Part shown: piece after piece, positions 1 through 12,016 of the stretch
Layout: the number at the start of each line of letters is the position of its first letter
Position numbering within the stretch: position 1 is the stretch's first letter
NCBI RefSeq assembly: GCF_001194135.2
Contig: NC_068983.1
Coordinates: 14,608,794-14,672,793, forward strand
DNA: 64,000 nucleotides
Direction: 5' to 3'
Source of the DNA: Octopus bimaculoides
Taxonomy: Eukaryota
Notes under the pieces: generated by a model
Database searches by the model: none
Told to the model about the DNA's origin: nothing
Seen by the model: only the letters and a program-made list of their open reading frames with translations
Program-made: the position numbers and the translations under genes

Positions 1-50
1 TATAACTAGTTTATTACAGAGATTCAGTCTTTGAAATTGACTCAACAGGG

Positions 51-372
51 TTGGTCGGTTCGGGGTTATAGTAGTAGGCACTGCGGCCATGTTAGAACAC
101 CACCTTAAAGGGTTTTAGTCGAAGAAATCGACCCCAGGACTTATTGTCTGTAAACCTAGTATTTATATCGGCGGCTTTTTTCGAAACCATCAATTTTCAA
201 GCGATTGGGGGGGGGGGCAAACAGGCACACACACACACACAGCTTCTTTCAGTTTACGTCTATCAATTCCACTCAGAAGGCTTTGGTCGGATATTTGCTC
301 AAGGTGCCACGCAGAGGGATTGAACCATGTGGTTGGTAAGCAAGCTTCTTACCACACAACCACGTCCGTGTC
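51..372 (-). mobile_element. tRNA-derived SINE family A, degenerate chimeric copy
   Basis: Matches the family A tail (ctgcggccatg..., aaatcgaccccaggacttatt) and head (gtgccacgcag...ttaccacacaacc) seen in better copies at 2390, 11494, 17310 and 24209; internal (CA)n. Confidence 0.85.
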
Positions 373-1612
373 TCTCTCACTATATATACATTCATGTGTA
401 TATATAATATATATTTATATATATATATATATATATATTGTTCAACTACCCATGCAAGGATTTAGAGACGGGATCCAGAAGGAGATTATGTTAATGAATC
501 CTTTGAATCGCACAAAAATGCCTGCACCTTATTATATCTGATAAAAAAAAAAAAGACGTAAACGCTTAGATGTGCGAAACAAAATAAAATGATTTCATTT
601 GTGTGACTTGTATATCCTCTCGAAGTGAGAATTGTGTAATAGAAAATTAGCTAACTTTAGAAATGCTTCGGGTTCCTTCATATGACATTCAATTTCGAAT
701 ATGTTTGATGTGATCTCATTCAACAACGTCGACCATTTTAAATAGCATTTCATTTAAAGTTGGCGAAAATAGCTAACATTTGGTATTCTGGCGATTAAAT
801 GTTAGGGTTGGGAGGAGAACCGAAAGTTCTGAAAGGAAATTGACCCAAGGTTAGAAATGAATAATTGCATTCGCTGATTTCAAATCAACGCTAATTTTAG
901 AACAAATCATAAAATTATATTATAGCTATGACCGGACGCAGGACTTTAGCCAAACCGTGAGTAGAAAGAGTAAAATGTAATTAACTGAGCTTGCAGAATA
1001 TTGCCAGTGACATTTTTATAGAGAAATTGAGATAAATCAGGACGGAACAAGTTGGCTAGCAATTAAATCACAAACGTTATGTCGTTCAGAATAATTGCTG
1101 ATCATGCTGAGAGAAAGTTCTATTTACAAAGTACAGACAGTATTAAAAAAACAAGCAATACTCGTAGCAAATGTAGCCTAATCGCCAAAGAGGCAAATTT
1201 GAAAACAGGGGAAAATAGATGTACAGTACATAGAATCTTTACAGCGTACGTTGTAAGAATTTGAATTCTAAATTGTAAGCTAATTTATTCTATAGATTCA
1301 TGGCTTAGAGTTCAAGTTATACTGAGAAAAATTATGACTGGCATATTATTTTATTAATAAGACGTTCTTCCGTAATACACCGTATTTCAGTCAGTCTGCT
1401 TTCTGAAAGTCATTGGTGTATATTTGCTGTTTCAATGATATTTTGCTTGTGATTTTTGCCGCAAACCGCCATTTCAGCAATCGAACAAATGAATTATTGA
1501 CATGCTGATGTTAACTGTCTCTTCTATATACATACATGCATACATACTTGCATATATGCATACATACATAAATACATGCATGCATGCGTACATGCGTACT
1601 TACGTACGTGTA

Positions 1613-1794
1613 TTGGAGGAGTGCTGAGAAGGTTCTGGCTTTTGGTAAAGAAAAATACAGGAGGCTCAGTTAATTATGATTTTATTCAGCATATTCCTCT
1701 TTCACGCCACACACTTATTCAGGCGGTCGTTCAGTTTTTCTAAGCCCTCCAATAGAACTCGGGAAGTTGGGCCCCCAACCAGGCCTTTTGCGAT
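1613..1794. mobile_element. mariner-type MITE, one end truncated
   Basis: Begins TA+ggaggagtgctgagaaggttctggcttt and aligns over ~180 bp with the complete MITE at 20652-20860. Confidence 0.8.
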
Positions 1795-1998
1795 CTATCT
1801 ATCTATCTATCTATAATTGTGTATGTATCTGTATTTATATGCATATATGTATGTATATGTATTTATATATTAGTAGATATATATATGTGTGTGTGTGTAT
1901 GCATGTATTCATGTATATATGTATCCATGCATAGACACACACACTTCTAATATAATAAATGTGAATGCCAGTGTGTCACACATTTTCAACTTTAATAA

Positions 1999-2213
1999 AT
2001 CCTTTCTACTGGAAGCACCAGGCCTCAAATATTCAGGAAAGGGATAAAGTCGATTAAATAGACTCCCGTCCATAACTGGTAGTAATTTTATAGACTCCGA
2101 AGGGAGGAAAAGCAAAGTCGATGTCGGCAGAATTCGAACTCAAAAAACTAACAGCAAACGAAACATCGTTAAGCATTTGGCCCGGCGTGCTAACGATTCT
2201 GCCAGCTCACACC
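1999..2213 (-). mobile_element. tRNA/CORE-like SINE family B
   Basis: Reverse complement of the head ggcggcgagctggcagaatcgttagc, B-box gagttcgaattc, core and tail cttgtgcc...gtagaaaggat. Confidence 0.85.
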
Positions 2214-2219
2214 TTAACA

Positions 2220-2311
2220 TAATCGTTTCTACGCTAGGCACAAGGCCCTAAATTTTGGGGGAGGAGGGGGCCAGTCGACTAGATCGACTCTCAGTACGCA
2301 ACTGGTACGCA
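2220..2311 (-). mobile_element. SINE family B 3' fragment
   Basis: tttctacgctaggcacaaggcc...gtcgactagatcgac is the family B tail and part of the core. Confidence 0.8.
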
Positions 2312-2389
2312 CTTCTATTTCCAGCAAAAATTGGTACCTTCTTGTGCCACTATTTCCTATTTATAATTCATATTTATAATATATTACCC

Positions 2390-2794
2390 TTTTAGTCTTC
2401 TACGTTTTTCAGTCATTTGACTGTGGCCATGTTGGTGCACCGCCTTTAGTCGAGCAAATCGACCCTAGGAGTTATTCTTTGTAAGCCTAGTACTTATTCT
2501 ATCGGTCTATTGCCGAACTGCTAACTTACGGGGACGTAAACACACCAACATCGGTTGTCAAGTGATGTTGGGATGGACAAACACAGACACACAAACATAT
2601 ACACACACATAAATATATATATACATATATACGACAGGCTTCTTTCAGTTTCCGTCTACCAAATCCACTCACACGGCTTTGGTCGGCCCGAGGCTATAGT
2701 AGAAGACACTTGCCCAAGGTGCCACGCAGTGGGGCTGAAACCGGAACCATGTGGCTGGCGAGCAAGCTACTTACCACAGAGCCACTCCTACGCC
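2390..2794 (-). mobile_element. tRNA-derived SINE family A, full length
   Basis: Minus-strand head ggcgtaggagtggctctgtggtaag (A-box) and ggttccggtttcagcccc (B-box); internal (CA)/(TA) tract; tail gcaccaacatggccacagtcaaatgactgaaa. Confidence 0.9.
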
Positions 2795-3044
2795 TTGCTC
2801 TTCCATATGCATGTCTACATATAAAGTAGCTGCATACATACGGAATATCGGATTCTAATGATGTACCCTTGAATTGTTCTTACTGTTTAGCCTGATAGTT
2901 TTCATGATTTTCAAACATGAGCAAGTGTGTTCAGGCATTTTAGTTTTCAAAGCGTCTGAGAAAAAGGTTTTATTACAGTTTCTTGAGAGTCGTTGGTGGT
3001 GCGTTATTTCTCAGAGTTTTTGCTTGCGAGCCATCGATCGATCA

Positions 3045-3048
<4 letters not shown>

Positions 3049-3133
<85 letters not shown>

Positions 3134-3150
3134 GAGAGAGACAGAGAGAG
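3049..3150. repeat. (GA)n microsatellite
   Basis: Direct reading; it generates the ER/SL-repeat ORFs in the track. Confidence 0.98.
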
Positions 3151-4336
3151 GGAGGAAGGGTGTGAGAGATGGGAGAGACAAAGAATAGTAAGCAATAAGA
3201 GAAAAGTAAGCTCTGCTGGTCAACTTTGGGATGATTCCCTACTGATTGGATTTCTTGCAGGGTATTTCAATGATGGTCCGACACGCTTCTCACTGCATTT
3301 AATTACTTCACAACGGAGACATAAAGCAAGTTCCATTGATCAGGTATGTGCTACTGGCCTAGGAAGCACTTAACATTACAGCATTGAGATGACAGATGCA
3401 TCCACTGCTATGAAATGCCGCCATTTCCCTAGTTTCATGACAATTATCGTAAAAGAACCCAGTAGATGTAGCATATGCGCCAACAGAAACGATTCTCCGT
3501 TCTCAAACAGCGCTCTTTTCTTTGGTTTCTACTCTTTAAATTGTGCAGTCATAGGAGGACCTGCGCTTGAAGGAGAAGTTCGTCTACCACGAATTCACTG
3601 CACAACCATAAACAAGTAAATTCGTATAACTGTTTCTTGAACAAGCATATTAGCCGTTGTATTAATTTTGGAGATACGAAACGTTTACATGTGGCCAGGT
3701 AGAATCAATGGAATGACGGACATTCTGGTTTACGTTTCATGCTGAAAGCTCCCTGGGATGAAGTTTTCCTTTCATCCTTATCATCCTTATCGTATCACTG
3801 ATATAATTTATTTGTCAATCAAGGTAATTGGTTATAATCTTCTGTCAAACTTGCAAGTTAGTGCCTCTGACAGAAATCAATTTACTGTTATTTCACTTAA
3901 AACGGCTTTGGTCCTCCTGACCTTGGTGAATATATTATAAGCAATATCAGTACTTTGCAAGGCGGACAAGAGATAAAGATTGCTTATCAGATTAGCCATC
4001 AAGCCCTTAGCTATAAACAAGTACTCTTCATTCAGTAAGCTGATGACACAGTTGAATGTTATCGCAGATTCTAAACGTCTCTTAGAAGATACGACTTCTA
4101 ATACCATTAAGAAAAGAGTTAACAAGTAATATATAACAAGTAATATATAATTATGCGCGCACACATAATTAGGTAAAGAAACTCCGAAGCACACCGACAC
4201 AATATATCGAATATTTCCCCAGGCTCCTTGGCGTTTGTGCGACGGAAATTTTTCCTGAACTGAATGCCAGTCTATTGCGGTGTAAACTCGCTTTCTGCTG
4301 CTGGTGAGCATTTTGAGCTAAGTGCACTGGAGCAAG

Positions 4337-4365
4337 ATGGAAGGAGATGCCTGGCTCAATGAGCA
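4337..4365 (+). CDS. candidate first coding exon of an unidentified host gene (MEGDAWLNE+CA)
   Basis: gcaagATGG (A at -3, G at +4), 29 coding nt, then a consensus donor CA|GTGAGT at 4366, in unique non-repetitive sequence. No homology recognised. Confidence 0.35.
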
Positions 4366-5211
4366 GTGAGTCAAATTTAGTTTGAGAGGTGAACCAACGA
4401 TATAATTAGTGATCGCGAACCCTGTAGGCAAAATCAAACGAATAAGCTCCACTTAACACACATAAACACGCAATTCTGAAAGCGCTTTTTGATAAATTCA
4501 GTTTGATAAAATACAAACATGACTGAAACACGTATTTCAGTTGATATGTTTAACTAACTTATTATGGCTGTTGATCAATGAGAGAAATCTGTGAAAAAAT
4601 ACACGAATTCGTTTCATTTTTATTTTCATATATTTTTTGTTACTGTTTCTGAAGAAGATACCAATATATACTCCTGTTATAATTGTTTTCTCCTTGCAAA
4701 CATGAGGTCAGTTCTGAATTAACAATACCGTGCTAAAAAATATTTCAGTCATAGCAACCATTGGTATTTTCAGATATTGTGGATCTATAGCTACACCACT
4801 CAGTCTATTCTTCCTGGTTAAAATAGAAGGATGCGATTTGAGAGTGTTTCAGTTGCTACTACTGGCAAAGAAATCGAATTTGTACGTGTCTAATTGTTGG
4901 CAAGTGAGAGCAAAATGAAGAGATGATATTTGTGATGCAAATGAAAACTGGAAACGATCATGCTATAAAACTTGAAGATTGAAATAAACACCTCTGGCCG
5001 GTAAAATTTTCTCCTAATCCACTAACAATTGCCTCCGCTATAAATATACACGTCTTCACTAAGGTTTTTTGTTGTTATCTATTTGTATAAATTGGAATTC
5101 CGGTGCATCAGCTTATTTCATAAGAATATTCTTGTTTGTTTTTCATTTGAATTTGACGCACTGTTGTGTCCATATAATGTATGTTTTACAAATATTATCT
5201 TTTATTTGTGT

Positions 5212-5410
5212 TTGCCATTTGACTACGGCTATGCTGGGGCATCATCTTTCAGGGCATAGTCGAACGCATAGAACCCGTATTTATGTTTTAAATCATGTAC
5301 TTATACTATTGCTCTCTGTTGCCAAACCCTTGGGATACCGCGACGTAATTAAACTAACACCATTTGTCAAGTGGTGTTCTGTTAGGGAACACAAACGCAG
5401 AGTCACATAC
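5212..5410 (-). mobile_element. old SINE family A, 3' half
   Basis: ccatttgactacggctatgctggggcatc...tgtcaagtggtg aligns with the family A tail. Confidence 0.75.
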
Positions 5411-5904
5411 ATATATGCGCGCCCGTACGCACACACACACTCACACATACACACATACACACAAACACGGACTGCTAGTCGATTAATTGGAAATATTTTA
5501 CTTGGCACTTTAAATATGATAGCACTTACTTCACATTTTACAATCATGATATATTAGTGTTAAAGTATTTAATGTAGGGAGCTTTAAAAGCCTTAACTAG
5601 ACATAATCAGGGGAGGAAGGGAAAAATAATCAATATTAATGAGTTACACTTGCCTGGCGAGTGAAATATAAAATGGCGGTGTGCTGCAAATGAAACAGTT
5701 AAGTTGTACAATAACTACATCAGCCATGTAAAACACACAAAATCTGTTATTAATTTAGATTTATTTCTTGCGCTGCAGCACTTGTATTTCTGACAAAACT
5801 AACCATCTGGTTAGTTTTTTTTCAGAAATACATTAGTTACTAGTTTGTATTAGTGCGGTAAATAATTTTACACTTCATGAAAGAAAAGAAAGTGGATTTA
5901 ACTG

Positions 5905-6283
5905 ATGCTATGAGCATGGTTTTGTGGTAAGAAGTTTGCTCCCCGATCACCTAGTTTCGGGTTCAGTCTTACTCTCTTCTAATATAGCCCAGGCCCCACG
6001 TAAATCTTGTGAGTGGATTGGTAGAAGGAAACTGAAAGAAATCCGTCATATATATATATATATATATATATGGGAGAATGTACGAAAAAAAAATCAACAG
6101 ACGAGGACAGGTGGTGTAAACAACAAAAGGATGTATTAGTTTGACGCTCGGGAATACAGAAAGTCTTTAACGTTTCGAGCTACGCTCTTCAGCAGAAAGA
6201 ATACGGAGAAAATAAAGAGAAAAACACGGAGAAAAAAAATTGAATGGTGTTTGGTCAACGATCTATGGATAAATAGATAGATA

Positions 6284-6316
<33 letters not shown>

Positions 6317-6557
6317 AGATAGATACGTCTGTCGGTTTGTGTTTGCGTCTGTGTTTTTTGTACCTCACCTCACCATTTCTTGACAACCAGTGATGCTGTG
6401 TTTACTTCCACAAAACTTAACGTTTTGCCAAAAAAGACTGACACAATAAATACGAGGCTTAAGAAAATTAACTGGGGGTGATTCATTCGGCTAAAATACT
6501 TCGAAATGAGTCTCCAGCCTCAGTCTAATGAGTGAAAGAAGCAAAAGATGAAAGATA
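5905..6557 (+). mobile_element. old SINE family A copy split by a Penelope-like insert and (GATA)n
   Basis: 5' half 5905-6048 (gtggtaagaagtttgc...ggaaactgaaagaaatccgtc); 3' half 6326-6557 (cttgacaaccagtgatg...cagtctaatgagtgaaag). Confidence 0.75.
6072..6270 (-). mobile_element. Penelope-like LTR remnant (family a) with hammerhead-like motif
   Basis: Near-identical to 22870-23052; ends in (TA)n; contains CTGAAGA-GCGTAGCTC-GAAACGTT on the minus strand. PLE assignment is inference from this layout. Confidence 0.6.
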
Positions 6558-6586
6558 AAAAACTTCGATGATATTTTTGTTTCCAT

Positions 6587-6690
6587 TGACCCCTAGGACT
6601 CATACGGCCGGTTACACGGTTTCCATGGCGCATAAGTGATGAAAATCACAACAACCCCCGGACGGGACGCAAGTCCCTGGGAAGGTCTAA
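6587..6690 (-). mobile_element. 3' remnant of another SINE family (ggacttgcgtcccgtccggggg...ggaaaccg tail)
   Basis: Resembles the GGACTRGCRTCCCRTCCAGGGG...GAAACCG 3' module common in invertebrate SINEs; recognised from memory only. Confidence 0.45.
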
Positions 6691-6749
6691 GGCTAGCAGT
6701 TTTGTGGCACGAGATTATTCTATTATATGGACTTCGTTGATTGACGACA

Positions 6750-6872
6750 ACTTTATTTTAGCGACCTGGTAAAATTGACCTGGACAGGATTTGAACTCAG
6801 AAAGCAAAGCACCAGAAGAAATGCCGTTGGCCATTTTATACAACGCGCTAACGATTTTCTCAGTTGTCCACC
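6750..6872 (-). mobile_element. old SINE family B fragment
   Basis: gatttgaactcagaaag...gcgctaacgattttctcag matches the family B head and B-box. Confidence 0.7.
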
Positions 6873-7707
6873 TTGGTGATAAATACAATCCTGTATATTT
6901 CACTAAGTAAAGAAAATAATTCCAGACCTGTTTCAGATTTAGTAGATCTCAAATCACTAACGCATTCTGTAAATAATTCCCACGAAGTCGAGAGTGGAAC
7001 AACAATCAGAAACAGGGGATAAATGACTTGACTAAACGTGCCATATTCCCCAGGTTATTGAAGTATGCATTCTGGGATGAATTCTATAGTCTGTTCAGAG
7101 TTATATTTTTCTATTTCTATATAATCACATTTATATCTAAAATGAAATATAGGAATATTAATCCCGCGTTAGCATTCAATTAGAACTATATTTAACCTAC
7201 CCCGGAAGGATTAAGTTACAGTTGGCAGCTATGGGATTTGCGCTCAGACAGTAAAGGACAGTAGCTAAATATTTCAGCTCATATTTGTCCTTTATTTTAA
7301 TAATTCGCCCACCACCATTATTTCTTCACTTTAATATACGTAACCTGAGCAAGTTTAAATTCTATATAAGATGTCAGACAATTGAAACCATAGAAGACAT
7401 ATTTCAATCAAATCTGTGTAACTTCTTCTTTGTTTTCTTTTAAAAGGTTTTTACGAAATTATCAGATGTCAGAGGTAAATATACCTATTATGTATTACTA
7501 ATCACTGTTCTATACATTTCTCTTTCTTTCTCTCCTCTCTCCGGTTGTCTTTAGATTTGCCATCATGTCAGTTACAGATATTAGATATAATGGGGAACAA
7601 ATCGCTACTTCCGGGCTGCCTAACAGATATATTTGTGCATCAAAACAGAATATACGCGCGCGCGCACTTATACACACACATATGTATGTATACATATATA
7701 GAAATGA

Positions 7708-7745
<38 letters not shown>

Positions 7746-8168
7746 TTGTTTTGCAAGATTTTTTATGTGAAATCGTGTGTTGAAACAGATGTTGTTGTAC
7801 TTGGGGATGGTCATATTGCCAGTTTAGCCAATAAAAACACACGCACTGTATATTTGGTGTTAATTTGCTTCAGCTTTATATTACATTAATCTTAATCTTA
7901 TTTCGGCCAGAGTTCTTTCGTCACACTTCTGTGACCTCATCAGTGGTCCTTTGTTTCCTTCTTTCTTATGTGTCTCACCTTGCTAACTATCAGCCATTTT
8001 GTATTTTGTATTCCTATTGTATGTGTCTACGCATGCGTGTCCTTCAATGTGTCTGTGTCTTTAGTAAGTGCATGTGTGTATGGGGAGTGTCTGTATCACC
8101 TATATTATCTGTAAATACGTGTTCCCATACACACATGCACTTACAAAAGACACAGACACATTGAAGGA

Positions 8169-8575
8169 CATCGCTGCCCTAAACTGCGTCTCATTACGAG
8201 CCATTGGTTCGTCTGGTATCGTGGAGAGGAAAGCGTCAAGTTTTGTCTTGAAGACCGCTGCATCCATGTCTTGTAGGTCTCTCAAATGTTTTGGCAGGGC
8301 ATTGAAGAGCTGAGGTCCTCTGAAACCGAGGCTGCTGCAGTATCTCGTTCTTATGTGAGATGCAGTGGACGTCACCTTTGGCACCATGCAGTGGCGACCC
8401 GTGCGGGCATTCCTGTAGTACTTGATGCCAAAGTTTGGCACCAGTCCTTCCAGTATTTTCCATATGTATATTATTACATATCTCTCCCGCCTGCGCTCCA
8501 GGGAGTAGAGACCTAGTGCCTTCAGTCGCTCCCTGTAGTTCATCTGTTGGACTGTGGCGATCTTTTTTGTATATT
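8169..8575 (-). mobile_element. CR1-clade LINE ORF2 C-terminal fragment
   Basis: Uninterrupted minus frame YRERLKALGLYSLERRRERYVIIYIWKILEG...GPQLFNALPKHLRD...FKTKLDAFLSTIPDEP, the typical CR1/L2-group post-RT tail; runs into the N-gap at 8576. Confidence 0.9.
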
Positions 8576-9517
8576 NNNNNNNNNNNNNNNNNNNNNNNNN
8601 NNNNNNNNNNNNNNNNNNNNNNNNNNNNNNNNNNNNNNNNNNNNNNNNNNNNNNNNNNNNNNNNNNNNNNNNNNNNNNNNNNNNNNNNNNNNNNNNNNNN
8701 NNNNNNNNNNNNNNNNNNNNNNNNNNNNNNNNNNNNNNNNNNNNNNNNNNNNNNNNNNNNNNNNNNNNNNNNNNNNNNNNNNNNNNNNNNNNNNNNNNNN
8801 NNNNNNNNNNNNNNNNNNNNNNNNNNNNNNNNNNNNNNNNNNNNNNNNNNNNNNNNNNNNNNNNNNNNNNNNNNNNNNNNNNNNNNNNNNNNNNNNNNNN
8901 NNNNNNNNNNNNNNNNNNNNNNNNNNNNNNNNNNNNNNNNNNNNNNNNNNNNNNNNNNNNNNNNNNNNNNNNNNNNNNNNNNNNNNNNNNNNNNNNNNNN
9001 NNNNNNNNNNNNNNNNNNNNNNNNNNNNNNNNNNNNNNNNNNNNNNNNNNNNNNNNNNNNNNNNNNNNNNNNNNNNNNNNNNNNNNNNNNNNNNNNNNNN
9101 NNNNNNNNNNNNNNNNNNNNNNNNNNNNNNNNNNNNNNNNNNNNNNNNNNNNNNNNNNNNNNNNNNNNNNNNNNNNNNNNNNNNNNNNNNNNNNNNNNNN
9201 NNNNNNNNNNNNNNNNNNNNNNNNNNNNNNNNNNNNNNNNNNNNNNNNNNNNNNNNNNNNNNNNNNNNNNNNNNNNNNNNNNNNNNNNNNNNNNNNNNNN
9301 NNNNNNNNNNNNNNNNNNNNNNNNNNNNNNNNNNNNNNNNNNNNNNNNNNNNNNNNNNNNNNNNNNNNNNNNNNNNNNNNNNNNNNNNNNNNNNNNNNNN
9401 NNNNNNNNNNNNNNNNNNNNNNNNNNNNNNNNNNNNNNNNNNNNNNNNNNNNNNNNNNNNNNNNNNNNNNNNNNNNNNNNNNNNNNNNNNNNNNNNNNNN
9501 NNNNNNNNNNNNNNNNT

Positions 9518-9677
9518 ATATATAATATATATATATATATATAATATATACAATATATATATAATATGTATATAATATATATATATAATATGTATATAAT
9601 ATATATATATAATATGTATATAATATATATATAATATGTATATAATATATATATAATATGTATATAATATATATATA
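9518..9677. repeat. AT-rich minisatellite (~24-bp unit tataatatatatatataatatgta)
   Basis: Direct reading; flanks the gap at 8576-9517. Confidence 0.9.
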
Positions 9678-10089
9678 GAGGATGCCCCCCCAAAACATGT
9701 ACTCACTCTTTGACTTCCCAGTATTCATGCATTTTGTGTTCATGCAGATGTTTATTGATATACATACAATCCTAAAACGTTAAATTAAATTCAGGAAAAT
9801 AAATTGTTGTAGAAAGGATTATTTATTTTCATTTAGAATTATTTTATGTTCTCTCTCATTTCTGCGCGTTCGCAAATGTTCAAACTGCCTTCCTTGTAAG
9901 CTGAGAAAACTGTGCAAAGTGTTGCGGAAGGTCGTCGACAATATTCCATGCGAAGAGGGTACTTCCACTGCCTTAAGCGTTGCCCAGGGAGAGCACCTCA
10001 GTCTATGTCTAAGTAAGAATCAAATTTTTGTAATATTGATATTAAAGGAATCACTTTCAACTACTATTTAATAATTTATTATCCTGTAT

Positions 10090-10459
10090 CCGTGGAGGCG
10101 CAATGGCCCAGTGGTTAGGGCAGCGGATTCGCGGTCATAGGATCGCGGTTTCGATTCCCAGACCGGACGTTGTGAGTGTTTATTGAGCGAAAACATCTAA
10201 AGCTTTACGGGGCTCCGGCAGGGGGGTTGTGGCAAACCCTGCTGTACTCTTCCACCACAACTTTCTCTTACTTACTATTTTCTGTTATGTCTGTAATTCA
10301 AAGGATCAGCCTTGTCACACTGAATATCCCCGAGAACTACATTAAGGGTACACGTGTCTGTGGTGTGCTCAGCCACTTGCACGTTAATTTCACGAGCAGG
10401 CTGTTCCGTTGATCGGATCAACTGGAACCCTTGACGTCGTAAGCGACGGAGTGCCAACA
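10090..10459 (+). mobile_element. tRNA-derived SINE family C, full length with 9-bp TSD
   Basis: A-box tggcccagtgg and B-box ggtttcgattccc; direct repeat ATCCTGTAT at 10081-10089 and 10460-10468. Confidence 0.9.
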
Positions 10460-11493
10460 ATCCTGTATATGATATGACTTTAGGTTTTTGTTTTAGTTGA
10501 GACGGCTTAGGAGAATCACATGACTTCATTGACTATTAGGTTAATGTTTCTTGTGTCTCGAGCATCGTCAAAAACCTATGGGCACGACACCTGTTCAGAT
10601 ATTTTCAAAATAAAGACAAAACAAAATAGAAAGGAAGAATATGAATCTAAAATTAAGCCATAAAATACTTTCTGTTTTTTTTTACTTTGTTCAGAATTCC
10701 ATAATAAAATAAATTGAAACTCTCGTGTTTATGTTTCTTTTATGTATTTCACGTAAACACCATAAAATTTATCTCTTCATAAAACTGTGGCTAGTAAAAT
10801 TATCGTATATACAATTAGGTTAGCTGCAAAATCTAATACTAACATACTCTCAAATCAATTTATTTATTACTGTTTTATTAATGAATTTTTGCATAGAAAA
10901 CTTCTATGGTATAGGAAATAATTAAATCACTACATAAATAATTGTTCACAAATGGCGACCAAAATATTTTAATAATATTTGAAATACAAATAAACTTTAT
11001 TTTAAGTGACTAACTCTAACGTAGATTTAATTTTGTTCTGTTACTGTACATATATTTCTTATGAAACATAATTCTATCTGATCGTAAACATCTAGTCACG
11101 AGCCTCAGTCAATAAGTGTTCCATTGTTTAAAACAAAGACAGAATATTCTCACTTTGATGACTTTCCATATTTACTATTAGTCAGAGTAAAACTTCTAAA
11201 CAAATTTACAATAGCAGTTCTTGATCGATCGCTTAGTACTTCATTTTATTTATATTAGTAGTAGAACTGTGACAGCGTTATTCGAAATTTTACAAGGGCC
11301 ATATATATTTTGTTTAGCAGTAACTTTGTATACCATACTAAAGTTATTTATCACCAGTGTCGTATTCAATAGTAAAGTTTTATACGGTAATACTGATAAA
11401 ATTGTTATCTTTCTATTGCAATTTGCATAAAATACCAAAATGGAAAATTAAAAATAACATAAAATTTAATTTTCATTACTCATAAAGTAACAC

Positions 11494-11687
11494 TTTACTC
11501 TTTACTCTTTTACTTGTTTCACTCATTTGACTGCGGTCATGCTGGAGCACCGCCTTTAGTCGAGGAAATCGACCCCAGGACTTATTCTTTGTAAGCCTAG
11601 TACTTATTCTATCGGTCTCTTTTGCCGAATCGCTAAGTTACAGGGACGTAAACACACCAGCATCGCTTGTCAAGCGATGCTGGGGGA

Positions 11688-11743
<56 letters not shown>

Positions 11744-12016
11744 CATATATATATATATATATNNNNNNNNNNNNNNNNNNNNNNNNNNNNNNNNNNNNNN
11801 NNNNNNNNNNNNNNNNNNNNNNNNNNNNNNNNNNNNNNNNNNNNNNNTATATACGACAGGCTTCTTTCAGTTTCCGTCTACCAAATCCACTTACAAGGAT
11901 TTGGTCGGCCCGAGGTTATAGTAGAAGACACTTTCCCAAGGTGCCAGGCATTAGGACTGAACCCGGAACCATGTGGTTGGTAAGCAAGCTATTTACTACA
12001 CAGCCACTCCTGCGCC
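11494..12016 (-). mobile_element. SINE family A, full length
   Basis: Head ggcgcaggagtggctgtgtagtaa, internal (CA)n(TA)n plus gap, tail ...gactgaaacaagtaaaagagtaaa equivalent. Confidence 0.92.

Noticed and set aside
452-538. Minus-strand exon resembling a Cys-loop receptor TM segment (GFINIISFWIP)
   Set aside because: From the strong acceptor all three frames hit stops; the resemblance is superficial.
926-3343. Candidate + strand exons at 926-956 and 3261-3343
   Set aside because: Splice signals are fair but phases do not join, they precede the ATG exon, and the peptides are unrecognisable.
2874-3373. ER/RE, SL, YI, HT, poly-I, poly-K ORFs throughout the track
   Set aside because: They are translations of simple repeats.
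4012-4037. TATA box plus Inr upstream of the candidate ATG exon
   Set aside because: TATAAA-to-Inr spacing is 18-22 nt, shorter than canonical, and the motif is common in AT-rich DNA.
8100-9743. Long ORFs spanning N-runs (also 14733-15932, 30178-31144, 46582-47528, 61583-62347)
   Set aside because: Length comes from X codons and microsatellites; only the CR1 and R4 segments are real coding remnants.
10094-10170. tRNA gene (and similar heads at 11940-12016, 62310-62400)
   Set aside because: A and B boxes are present but the heads are fused to SINE bodies, and this copy has a TSD; no clean acceptor stem.
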